Assembly: GCA_035942015.1 (NCBI GenBank)
Contig: DASZDM010000220.1
Location: 1 to 37,273 of the forward strand
DNA length: 37,273 nt
Direction of reading: 5' to 3'
Origin: Acidimicrobiales bacterium
GTDB taxonomy: Bacteria > Actinomycetota > Acidimicrobiia > Acidimicrobiales > CADCSY01
Every line of letters begins with the position of its first letter. The stretch's first letter is position 1. Shown here piece after piece: positions 17,842-25,604 of the stretch. Under the pieces are notes generated by a model that saw nothing but the letters and a program-made list of their open reading frames with translations, was not told where the DNA came from and did no database searches. Position numbers and translations under genes: made by a program.

Positions 17842-18492
17842 TCACGGGCCACGCTCGTAGGGCGGGGCGAGGGGCTCGTCGTGCCTGGCCGCGGCTTCGA
17901 GTTCCTCGGGGAGGGGCCAGGGGTTGGGGAGGCAGCCGTCCAGCTCGGTGCTCTGCTGTGCCATGACGGGGGCGGGCCGGCCGGGTTCGCGGCACTGGGG
18001 GTCCTCCGGGTGGTGGCGCCCGAGGAGGTGACCGACCTCGTGGTTGACCAGCATCTGGCGGTAGGCGTCGAGGCTGTCGGTCCATTGTTCGGTGGCGACG
18101 CGCCAGCGGTCGGCGTTGAGGGCGACCACGGGGCCGTTCTGGCAGGAGTACCGACCGCCGGTTCGGTACGGGGCGCACAGGCGGTCGACCTCGTCCCCCT
18201 CGGCCAGCACCACCACGTACTGGGCGTAGGGGTCCTCCACCAGCCGGAAGCCGGCACCGGTCCAGCCCCGGGGATCGGCCAGTGTCGCTCGCACCACGTC
18301 GGCGAAGCCGGCGGTGGCGGCGTCGGCGGTACGCCGCTCGATGCGGTAGCGGACCTCGACGGGAGGAGCGACCGTGGTGGCGACGGTCGCCGTGGCGGTC
18401 GGTCGGGCCAACATGGCGTCCGTCTCCGGGGCCGAGGCGCAGGCGCCGACCATCACCATGGCCGTCGCCACCACGACCGACAGGCGCACCAT
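17842..18492 (-). CDS. DUF3152-type putative zinc metallopeptidase lipoprotein
   Basis: The last 216 aa of track ORF 17842..18744 start at MVRLSVVVATAMVMVGACAS (signal peptide plus lipobox). HEVGHLLG zinc motif. The overall sequence resembles the actinobacterial DUF3152 family. Confidence 0.8.
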   Translation of the reverse strand: MVRLSVVVATAMVMVGACASAPETDAMLARPTATATVATTVAPPVEVRYRIERRTADAATAGFADVVRATLADPRGWTGAGFRLVEDPYAQYVVVLAEGDEVDRLCAPYRTGGRYSCQNGPVVALNADRWRVATEQWTDSLDAYRQMLVNHEVGHLLGRHHPEDPQCREPGRPAPVMAQQSTELDGCLPNPWPLPEELEAAARHDEPLAPPYERGP

Positions 18493-18520
18493 CGGTCCAG
18501 TCTGGCGACAGACTGAGAAG

Positions 18521-18712
18521 GTGGGCGACGCGGTCCGGGCCGTTCTCGAAGTGGGCATGGTCGTCGCCGTGGGCGGAATGCTCTGGACCGCCGGGCGACG
18601 GCTGCGGCGCGGCGAGGTCAGGGTGTACCGCTGTGCCCGCTGCGCTCGCCCGACGTCCCGCGGGTACCCGCGGTGCCGGCACTGCGACCTCGAACAGCCG
18701 GATGCATTGTGA
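18521..18712 (+). CDS. possible small membrane-anchored zinc-ribbon protein (63 aa)
   Basis: This is the part of track ORF 18374..18712 that lies in the DUF3152/menG intergenic region: VGDAVRAVLEVGMVVAVGGMLWTAGRRLRRGEVRVYRCARCARPTSRGYPRCRHCDLEQPDAL. It has CxxC-x11-CxxC and high GC3. Start is GTG 18521 or ATG 18557. No family recognised. Confidence 0.4.
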   Translation: MGDAVRAVLEVGMVVAVGGMLWTAGRRLRRGEVRVYRCARCARPTSRGYPRCRHCDLEQPDAL

Positions 18713-18715
18713 CCG

Positions 18716-18721
18716 TACAGT
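18716..18721 (+). promoter_or_regulatory. -10 element (TACAGT) positioned for a (near-)leaderless menG-menF transcript
   Basis: gaccgTACAGTtgccccgGTG has a 7-nt spacer to GTG 18729. Confidence 0.35.
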
Positions 18722-18728
18722 TGCCCCG

Positions 18729-19427
18729 GTGACCAGCAGCGCATTGCCGCAGGGAGCGGACAAGGCCGTCGCCGTTCGGCGCATGTTCGACGCCATCGCT
18801 CCTCGCTACGACCTGGTCAACGGAGTGATGACCTTCGGTCTCGACACCCGCTGGCGCCGTCGATCGGTGGGGGCCCTCGGCCTGCCCAAGGGTTCGGTCG
18901 TGCTCGACCTGGCTGCGGGAACCGGGGACTTCTGTGCGTTGTTGCACGACGTGGGCTACGTCCCGGTTGCGGTGGACTTCTCGGCGGGGATGCTCGACGC
19001 AGCCACGACGACGGCACCGCTGGTGCAGGCCGACATCCTCCGCCTCCCGATCGCCGATGCCGCTGCCGCCGGGGCGACGTGTGGCTTCGCCCTACGCAAT
19101 CTCGTCGACCTGGGCGCGTTCTTCGCCGAATTGGCGCGGGCCGTTCGCCCGGGGGGGCGCATCGCCCTCCTCGAGGTGGCCGTGCCGCCCAATGCCCTGC
19201 TGCGCCGGGGTCACGCCGTGTATTTCGGCCACGTCGTCCCTCGTATCGGCGGCCTTCTGTCCGATCCCGCCGCCTACCGCTATCTCCCCCGCTCCGTCGC
19301 CTACCTGCCCGAGCCCGATCGTCTGGTGGCCATGCTGGTCGAGTCGGGTTTCGCCGACGCCTCCCGGATCCTGCTGAGCGGCGGCATCAGCCAACTCCTG
19401 GTCGCCACCCGAGACACACGCGCTTGA
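18729..19427 (+). CDS. menG: demethylmenaquinone methyltransferase (UbiE/MenG family)
   Basis: VRRMFDAIAPRYDLVNGVMTFGLDTRWRR, a SAM motif VLDLAAGTGD, and YRYLPRSV near the C-terminus. GTG 18729 gives the usual N-terminal length; ATG 18702 is the alternative. Confidence 0.88.
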   Translation: MTSSALPQGADKAVAVRRMFDAIAPRYDLVNGVMTFGLDTRWRRRSVGALGLPKGSVVLDLAAGTGDFCALLHDVGYVPVAVDFSAGMLDAATTTAPLVQADILRLPIADAAAAGATCGFALRNLVDLGAFFAELARAVRPGGRIALLEVAVPPNALLRRGHAVYFGHVVPRIGGLLSDPAAYRYLPRSVAYLPEPDRLVAMLVESGFADASRILLSGGISQLLVATRDTRA

Positions 19428-20701
19428 CGACGCTGCCGTCCCGTCGCACCCGTGGCCACGGTGCTGCTACCCGCCCGCCCCTGGTCGCCCGCACGGTTCG
19501 GGCCCGTGGCGACGTCGATCTGCTGTCGGTGGCGGGCGACGACGGAGTGGTCCTCGCCCGAGGCCCGCATGGGCTGGCGGGCCGCGGCGTGGCCCTTCGC
19601 ATGCCCCTCGCCGTCGGGCCCGGGCGCCTGGCCGCCGCGGCCGAGACCGTGGCCGAGGCCCTGTCCGCCATCGAGCGGGAGGACGAGGTCGGTGTGCCGG
19701 GGTCCGGTCCCGTGGCCTTCGCCGCCCTTCCCTTCGCCGAGTCGACGCCCGGCTCGGTGCTGGTGCCGTCATTGGTCGTGGGCCGGGCCGATGACGGAAC
19801 CGGCTGGATCACCACGGTGGCACCACCGGGAACCCCGGCCCCGCCGCTGATCGCCCCCGACCGCGACATGACGGTCGGGCCGACGTCCTACCGGATCACC
19901 ACCTCCCGGTCACCCACCGAGTGGTGCGCATCGGTGGGGGCAGCGGTCGCCGCCATCCGCTCCGGTTGCCCCACCAAGGTGGTGCTGGCCCGTGAGGTCG
20001 TGGTGCAAGCAGATGCTCCCCTCGAACGCGCGGCCATACTCCGTCGCCTCGCCGCCGCCGCTCCCGCTTCGATGCTGTACGCCGTGGACGGTCTGGTGGG
20101 GTGCAGCCCCGAGCTCCTCGTGTCCCGGCGGGGCGACATTGTTCGGTCGCACCCCATGGCCGGCACTGCCGCCCGTACCGGTGATCCGTCCGTCGACGCA
20201 TCGCTCGCGGCCGGGTTGCTCGCCTCGGGCAAGGACCGGCGGGAGCACCAGATCACCATCGACATGGTGCTCGACACGGTGCTGCCCTTCTGCTCCTACG
20301 TCGATTCCGAACCTGAGCCGTCGATCGTGGCCGCCGGCAACGTCCAGCACCTGGCCAGCCTGGTCGAGGGCCGGCTGTCGTCACCCCCGGCGTCGGTTCT
20401 GGCCCTGGCTGCCGCGCTGCACCCGACGCCGGCCGTCTGCGGATGGCCTCGCGCCGACGCCCTGGCGCTCATCGATGAGCTCGAGGGTGGCGACCGGGGC
20501 CGCTACGCCGGCGCGGTCGGATGGGTCGACGCCGACGGCAACGGCACGTTCGCGGTGGCGTTGCGGGGTATCGAACTGGCTGGGTCGGAGGGGCGCCTGT
20601 GGGCGGGTAGCGGGATCGTCACCGACTCCGATCCGGCCACCGAGCTGGCCGAGACGAGGGCGAAGCTCCAAGGCGTTCTCTCGGCCGTCGTCCGGCCATG
20701 A
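19424..20701 (+). CDS. menF: isochorismate synthase
   Basis: Chorismate-binding domain (SPELLVSRRGDIVRSHPMAGT, HPTPAVCGWP, RGRYAGAVGWVD, AVALRG...AGSGIV). TTG 19424 overlaps the menG stop (TTGA). The earlier part of track ORF 19079.. is a shadow frame over menG. Confidence 0.88.
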   Translation: MTTLPSRRTRGHGAATRPPLVARTVRARGDVDLLSVAGDDGVVLARGPHGLAGRGVALRMPLAVGPGRLAAAAETVAEALSAIEREDEVGVPGSGPVAFAALPFAESTPGSVLVPSLVVGRADDGTGWITTVAPPGTPAPPLIAPDRDMTVGPTSYRITTSRSPTEWCASVGAAVAAIRSGCPTKVVLAREVVVQADAPLERAAILRRLAAAAPASMLYAVDGLVGCSPELLVSRRGDIVRSHPMAGTAARTGDPSVDASLAAGLLASGKDRREHQITIDMVLDTVLPFCSYVDSEPEPSIVAAGNVQHLASLVEGRLSSPPASVLALAAALHPTPAVCGWPRADALALIDELEGGDRGRYAGAVGWVDADGNGTFAVALRGIELAGSEGRLWAGSGIVTDSDPATELAETRAKLQGVLSAVVRP

Positions 20702-20736
20702 GGGTCGTCGGAGCCTGGGCGTCTTGACACCCTCGG

Positions 20737-20742
20737 TAGCGT
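20737..20742 (+). promoter_or_regulatory. -10 element (TAGCGT) positioned for a leaderless aldolase transcript
   Basis: cggTAGCGTggagcgGTG has a 6-nt spacer to GTG 20749. Confidence 0.4.
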
Positions 20743-20748
20743 GGAGCG

Positions 20749-21510
20749 GTGGACCGGCCTGAGAGCTTGCAACCTCCCACCTTCGCCTCGGTCGAGGACG
20801 AACGGCTTCACCGCAAGCAGCGGTTGGCCGCTGCCTTCCGGATCTTCGCACGCTTCGGCTACGACGAAGGTGTGGCCGGCCACATCACCGCCCGTGATCC
20901 GGCCGAACCGGACAGCTTCTGGGTGAACCCCTACGCCCGCTGGTTCGGCCACCTGCGGGTCTCGGACCTTGTGTTGGTCGACGGCGCCGGGCAGGTTGTG
21001 CAGGGCGGAGCTCCCGTCAACACCGCCGCCTTCGCCATCCACTCCGAGGTGCACGCCGCCAGACCCGACTGCGTGGCCGCGGCCCACGCCCATTCGCTGC
21101 ACGGCAAGGCGTGGTCGACGCTCGGACGCCTGCTCGATCCTCTCACCCAGGACGCCTGCGTGTTCTACGACGACCATGCCGTGTTCGACGACTACACCGG
21201 CGTGGTGCTTGACCGCGAAGAGGGCAAGCGCATCGCCCATGCGCTCGGCGGAGGCAAGGCGATCGTCCTGCGCAACCACGGGTTGCTGACCGTCGGCCAG
21301 AGCGTGGACGAGGCGGCGTGGTGGTTCATCACCATGGACCGCAGCTGTCACGCCCAACTGCTGGCCGAAGCGGCCGGGACTCCCGTGCCGATCGATCCCG
21401 CCACTGCCCGACTGGCGGCCGGCCAGGTCGGTGGCCATCGAAGTGGATGGCTGGCCTTCCAGTCGCTCTACGAGTGGATCGTCGCTGAGGAGCCCGACTT
21501 GTTGGAGTGA
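20749..21510 (+). CDS. class II aldolase/adducin family protein
   Basis: FGYDEGVAGHITARDP...NTAAFAIHSEVHAARPD...AAAHAHSLHG...VLRNHGLLTVGQSVDEA is the typical class II aldolase/adducin N-terminal domain pattern. Confidence 0.88.
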   Translation: MDRPESLQPPTFASVEDERLHRKQRLAAAFRIFARFGYDEGVAGHITARDPAEPDSFWVNPYARWFGHLRVSDLVLVDGAGQVVQGGAPVNTAAFAIHSEVHAARPDCVAAAHAHSLHGKAWSTLGRLLDPLTQDACVFYDDHAVFDDYTGVVLDREEGKRIAHALGGGKAIVLRNHGLLTVGQSVDEAAWWFITMDRSCHAQLLAEAAGTPVPIDPATARLAAGQVGGHRSGWLAFQSLYEWIVAEEPDLLE

Positions 21511-22019
21511 TTGCCCGTGCCGTCGTCAGCGCCGTCACCTCGAGCATCCGTGGTGGAGCCGCCGGCCCGGCGGTGGGCCGATGCTTCGATGGCCACCGAG
21601 CGTTCCCGGGCGTCGGCCAGCAGGGCTCGGGCGGCCCGCAATGCCAAGGGAAGACCTTGAGTCCCGGCTCCGTCGGCGTTGTCCTGGGCTGCCTGTGCAG
21701 CTCGGGCCTCGGCCTCGGCCACCAGCTGCTGTGCCCGTTGGTTGGCATCGGCGACCCTCTGCTCCGCCGCTTCGTCGGCCAGTTCCAGCTTGGCGGCCAG
21801 GTCATCGCGCTCCCGCTCAGCCCGCTCGGCCCGCTCGAGAGCCTCCCGGGCCTCGTTGGTGGCCCGTTCGATGGCTTCGGCGTCGCGTTGTCGGCGGCGC
21901 TGCAGCCGCTCGATGGAAACCACCACTGACGCCAGGAGCTGGTCGACCTCGTCTCGGTCGTAGCCCCACACCCGGCCACCGAAGCCGGGCTGGCGAAGAT
22001 CGTCCAGCGTCAGGCCCAC
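21468..22019 (-). CDS. DivIVA domain-containing protein
   Basis: The N-terminal DivIVA motif (LTLDDLRQPGFGGRVWGYDRDEVDQLL) is followed by an Ala/Glu/Arg-rich coiled coil. The 3' end overlaps the aldolase 3' end by 43 nt. Confidence 0.85.
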   Translation of the reverse strand: MGLTLDDLRQPGFGGRVWGYDRDEVDQLLASVVVSIERLQRRRQRDAEAIERATNEAREALERAERAERERDDLAAKLELADEAAEQRVADANQRAQQLVAEAEARAAQAAQDNADGAGTQGLPLALRAARALLADARERSVAIEASAHRRAGGSTTDARGDGADDGTGNHSNKSGSSATIHS

Positions 22020-22025
22020 AGCAAG

Positions 22026-22031
22026 ATCCTA
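22026..22031 (-). promoter_or_regulatory. -10 element (TAGGAT) positioned for a leaderless divIVA-domain transcript
   Basis: The minus strand reads gccgTAGGATcttgctGTG, with a 6-nt spacer to GTG 22019. Confidence 0.4.
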
Positions 22032-22057
22032 CGGCCGGCACAGCCGGGGGCACTACC

Positions 22058-22609
22058 ATGCGGCAGATGGACCGAGGGTTTTTCAAATCGCTGTTCGACT
22101 TCAGCTTCTCGTCGTTCATAACGATTCGCCTGATCAAGGTGATCTACGCACTCTTCATCGCCGGTAGCGCCCTTTTCGCCCTGCTCTTCGTCGTCAACTC
22201 GTTCCGGATCTCGGCCCTCGTCGGGCTGTTCATGTTGCTCATCGTGGCGCCGGTGCTGTTCTTCCTCTACGTCATCCTGGCTCGGGTCTACCTCGAGCTG
22301 GTGGTCGCCATCTTCCGCATTGCCGAGAACACGTCGATCCTGGCCGGCCAGGGCGGCACGCTGTCCTTGCCTGCCCCGCCGCCGCCTCCCCCGCCGCCGC
22401 CGTCATCACCTGCGCCAGACGAGCGTCCCCCAACTCCGCCGACGCCATCCGGCACCGAACCGACGCCTGAGCCCGCTGCCATTCCTCTGCCTCCTGCCGA
22501 GGACACACCCGAGGACGTCCCGACACCCCCGCCGGCCCGGGCCCGCCGTCAGGCGCCGCTGCGGTCGCGCCGGGCGACTTCCGAGCCGCCGCCCGAGCCT
22601 CCCGCCTGA
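22058..22609 (+). CDS. DUF4282 domain membrane protein with a Pro-rich C-terminal tail
   Basis: The last 183 aa of track ORF 21431..22609 are MRQMDRGFFKSLFDFSFSSFITIRLIKVIYALFIAG...YLELVVAIFRIAENT (DUF4282-like). A tail follows that contains 9 consecutive Pro codons (22376..22402). Confidence 0.8.
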   Translation: MRQMDRGFFKSLFDFSFSSFITIRLIKVIYALFIAGSALFALLFVVNSFRISALVGLFMLLIVAPVLFFLYVILARVYLELVVAIFRIAENTSILAGQGGTLSLPAPPPPPPPPPSSPAPDERPPTPPTPSGTEPTPEPAAIPLPPAEDTPEDVPTPPPARARRQAPLRSRRATSEPPPEPPA

Positions 22610-22651
22610 CCCCCTCCCGCCTGACCCTCCCGCCTGACCCTCCCGCCTGAG
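22598..22651. repeat. 4-copy tandem repeat of a 13-bp unit CCTCCCGCCTGAC spanning the DUF4282 stop codon
   Basis: Copies lie at 22598-22610, 22613-22625 (after a CC spacer), 22626-22638 and 22639-22651 (last base G). Each copy carries a TGA. Confidence 0.9.
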
Positions 22652-22695
22652 CAACTCGCCCGCCTCCGCTCGAAGTCGGTCACAGGAGGCGGCGC

Positions 22696-24225
22696 CTAGG
22701 AGGCGGCGTCAGGTGGTCGAGCGTCGAAGGTGGTGATCGGCCGCCGGGCCGCTCGGGCCTCGTCGACCCTGCCCACGGGGGTGGTTCGAGGGGCTAGGCG
22801 GTCGTCGCTCGATGCATGGTCGGCGATGTACACCAGTGCGTCGGCCAGGGCGGCCAACGTCTGAGGGCTCTCCGTCTCAGTCGGCTCGATCATGAGCGCT
22901 TCCTCCACTACCAGGGGGAACGACACCGTCGGTGCGTGGAATCCCTCTTCCAGGATGCGCTTGGCCACGTCCTGGGCCCGCACGCCGTGCCGCCGGCGCA
23001 GGTCGGCGGCCGACACCACGCACTCATGCATGCATGGGCGGTCGAACGGAATCCGGTAGTGGCCGGCCAGGCGACGGAGCATCCAGTTGGCGTTGAGCAC
23101 TGCGATCTCCGCCACCTGGCGTAGCCCGTCGCATCCGAGGGCCAGCACATAGGCGTAGGCCCGGGCCAGGGCCACGGCGTTGCCGTACCAGCTGTGCACC
23201 CGGCCGATGGAGCGCTCCGGCGTGACCCATCCGTAGCTGCCGTCGGCGTTGGCCGTGGGCAGTGGACCGGGCAGCAGCGGCGCCAGCGCTCGGGTCACCG
23301 CCACTGGGCCCGCACCCGGGCCTCCCCCACCGTGGGGAACGGCGAACGTCTTGTGCAGGTTCAGGTGCACGATGTCGAACCCCATGTCGCCGGGCCTCGT
23401 CACGCCGAGGATGGCGTTCAGGTTGGCGCCGTCGTAGTAGAGGAGCCCACCGACGTCGTGGACGGCGCCGGCGATCTCGACGATGTCCTCCTCGAAGAGC
23501 CCGAGCGTGTTGGGGTTGGTGAGCATGATGCCGGCCACGTCGTCGGACAGCACCGCCCGCAGCGCAGCGACGTCGACGAGGCCGCGCTCGTCACTGGGCA
23601 CGGTCACGGCGTGGTAGCCGCCGAGGCTCACCGAGGCCGGGTTCGTGCCGTGGGCCGAGTCGGGAATGACGACCTTGGTACGGGGTGGGCCGCCTTCCGC
23701 GGCGTGATGGGCCCGCATGAGCAGCAGGCCGGTCAGCTCGCCTGCCGCACCCGCCGGCGGCGCGAGCGTCAGCGAGTGCATCCCGGTGATCTCGGCCAGA
23801 GACTCACTCAACTGCACGAGGAGCTCCAGCCAACCCTGACAGCACGATGCCGGGCTGGCGGGATGGACCCGGGCGAGCCCCGGCAGGGCCGCCGCTGCAT
23901 CAGCGACCTTGGGGTTGTACTTCATGGTGCACGACCCGAGCGGGTACGCGCCGAGATCGACTGAGTACTGCCGGTGGGTCAGCCGGGTGTAATGGGCCAC
24001 CAGGTCGCGCTCGGACACCTCGGCCAGGGCCACGGCTTCGTCGGCCAGGTGCTCGGTGGGGACCAGGTCGAGGGGCGACCACTCGGGCAGGCCCGTGGCG
24101 GCAAACGACCATGCCTTGCGTCCGGGCGACGAGAGCTCGAAGACGGTGGGCTCCTCGGCTCGACCGACGAGCGGCACGCTGGAGGCGCGACCGCCGGGAG
24201 CCGGGCGCGGCGGCGGTGCGGTCAT
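22696..24225 (-). CDS. gcvPB: glycine dehydrogenase (decarboxylating) subunit 2
   Basis: The last 509 aa of track ORF 22696..25341 include YPLGSCTMKYNP and the PLP-lysine context HLNLHKTFAVPHGGGGPG. ATG 24225 overlaps the gcvPA stop (ATGA). Confidence 0.92.
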   Translation of the reverse strand: MTAPPPRPAPGGRASSVPLVGRAEEPTVFELSSPGRKAWSFAATGLPEWSPLDLVPTEHLADEAVALAEVSERDLVAHYTRLTHRQYSVDLGAYPLGSCTMKYNPKVADAAAALPGLARVHPASPASCCQGWLELLVQLSESLAEITGMHSLTLAPPAGAAGELTGLLLMRAHHAAEGGPPRTKVVIPDSAHGTNPASVSLGGYHAVTVPSDERGLVDVAALRAVLSDDVAGIMLTNPNTLGLFEEDIVEIAGAVHDVGGLLYYDGANLNAILGVTRPGDMGFDIVHLNLHKTFAVPHGGGGPGAGPVAVTRALAPLLPGPLPTANADGSYGWVTPERSIGRVHSWYGNAVALARAYAYVLALGCDGLRQVAEIAVLNANWMLRRLAGHYRIPFDRPCMHECVVSAADLRRRHGVRAQDVAKRILEEGFHAPTVSFPLVVEEALMIEPTETESPQTLAALADALVYIADHASSDDRLAPRTTPVGRVDEARAARRPITTFDARPPDAAS

Positions 24226-25604
24226 CGCAGTGCCTTGGCCATGGCCGCCGCATAGGCATCGATCTCGCCTCTGGTCCGGCGTTCGGTGGCTGCCACCAGG
24301 AGGCCTTTCTCCTGCCCGTCGTCGAACACCACGCCGGCCAGAAAGCCTTCGTCGACCATCCGCTCGACCACCACCGAGGGGTCGACGGGGAGGCGGACGG
24401 CGAACTCCCGCAGGGTGGGTGCCGACGACCAGGCCTCGATGCCGTCCACTGCCAGCAGCGACTCTCTGGTGTAACGGGTCGCCCGGGCGCAGCGCAGGGC
24501 CAGCTCCTGCAGGCCGGTCGTGCCCAGCCAGGCGAGCTGGATGGCACAGCCCACGGCGATCAGGGTCTGGTTGGTGCAGACGTTGGACGTTGCCCTTTCC
24601 CTGCGGATGTCCTGTTCTCTGGTGCGCAGCGTGGAGACGTAGGCCCGCCGGCCCTCCACGTCGACGGACTCGCCGACCAGTCGCCCCGGTAGGCGCCGGA
24701 CGTGCTCGGCCCGGCAGGTGAACAGGCCGAGGTAGGGCCCTCCGAAGGACAGCGGAGTCCCGAATGGTTGGCCCTCCGCCACGGCGACGTCGGCCCCCCA
24801 GGAGCCGGGCGAGCGCAACAGGCCGGCAGCCACCGGGTCGAAGGCGACGATCAGGAGGGCGCCGGCCTCGTCGGCGGCCCGGCGGGCTTCGGCCAGGTCC
24901 TCCAGGCAGCCGAGGTAGTTGGGGTACTGCACCACCAGGGCGCCGGGACGGTCGGCCGGTGGGTCCCACCAGCGGGTGAGCCCGTCGACGAGGGGGGCGT
25001 CGTCGAGACGGAGACGGCTGCCGGCGGCGAACGTCGCCATGGTGGCCCGCCAGTGAGGGTGGAGTCCTGCGCTCACCCACATCTGCGCTCGTCCCGTGGC
25101 CGCCGCCGCCAGGTTGAGCGCCTCCACGCAGGCACTGGCTCCGTCGTAGAGCGAGGCGTTGGCCACCTCGAGGCCGCTCAATCGGGCGACGACGGTCTGG
25201 TACTCGAACAGGGCCTGGAGGACTCCTTGGGCCACCTCTGGCTGGTAGGGGGTGTAGGCGGTGACGTACTCCGATCGCCCCGCGAGCGCCCGCACCGCCT
25301 CGGGCACCTCGTGGTCGTAGGCGCCGCCGCCGGCGAAGCACACCAATCCTGCCCCGCGCCCTAGGCCCCGCCCGCTACACGCGATGTTGGCTGCGGCCAG
25401 GCGCTCCATCTCGGCGCTCACGTCAGGCTCACCCAGCCCGTCGGCGAGGTGGAGAAATCTCCGGGCGCCGGCCTGGTCGCCGGCATGGGACACCAGGCGT
25501 AGGGCCTCGGGAACGACCGAGAAGAGCTCGTCGAGTGAGGACAGGCCGAGAAAGCCGAGCATCTCCGCGGTCTCGGCCTCGGTGTGGGGGATGTACCCGG
25601 CCAT
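24222..25604 (-). CDS. gcvPA: glycine dehydrogenase (decarboxylating) subunit 1
   Basis: MAGYIPHTEAETAEMLGFLGLSSLDELF...YTPYQPEVAQGVLQALFEYQT... is GcvPA-like over 460 aa. ATG 25604 overlaps the gcvT stop (ATGA). Confidence 0.92.
   Translation of the reverse strand: MAGYIPHTEAETAEMLGFLGLSSLDELFSVVPEALRLVSHAGDQAGARRFLHLADGLGEPDVSAEMERLAAANIACSGRGLGRGAGLVCFAGGGAYDHEVPEAVRALAGRSEYVTAYTPYQPEVAQGVLQALFEYQTVVARLSGLEVANASLYDGASACVEALNLAAAATGRAQMWVSAGLHPHWRATMATFAAGSRLRLDDAPLVDGLTRWWDPPADRPGALVVQYPNYLGCLEDLAEARRAADEAGALLIVAFDPVAAGLLRSPGSWGADVAVAEGQPFGTPLSFGGPYLGLFTCRAEHVRRLPGRLVGESVDVEGRRAYVSTLRTREQDIRRERATSNVCTNQTLIAVGCAIQLAWLGTTGLQELALRCARATRYTRESLLAVDGIEAWSSAPTLREFAVRLPVDPSVVVERMVDEGFLAGVVFDDGQEKGLLVAATERRTRGEIDAYAAAMAKALR

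Noticed and set aside
20724-20729. A perfect TTGACA -35 hexamer upstream of the aldolase gene.
   Set aside because: It is only 7 nt from the TAGCGT -10 candidate, whereas a sigma70-type spacer needs about 16-19 nt. No alternative -10 lies at the right distance, so it is probably fortuitous.
22598-22708. A CRISPR-like or mobile-element repeat.
   Set aside because: The units are 13 bp, directly tandem and without spacers. No cas, transposase or integrase gene is nearby. It is a microsatellite-like array at a gene end.
24226-25341. A 372-aa N-terminal extension of the gcvPB ORF (track ORF 22696..25341). There are analogous 5' extensions of hisI (595..942), the MalG-type permease (2685..2966), hisA (9196..9276), DUF3152 (18493..18744), gcvH (29582..31087), menG, menF and DUF4282.
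   Set aside because: The extensions overlap the upstream, clearly real gene in another frame and are low-complexity. The conserved protein begins at an internal ATG, GTG or TTG that forms a 4-nt stop/start overlap or follows the upstream stop closely.
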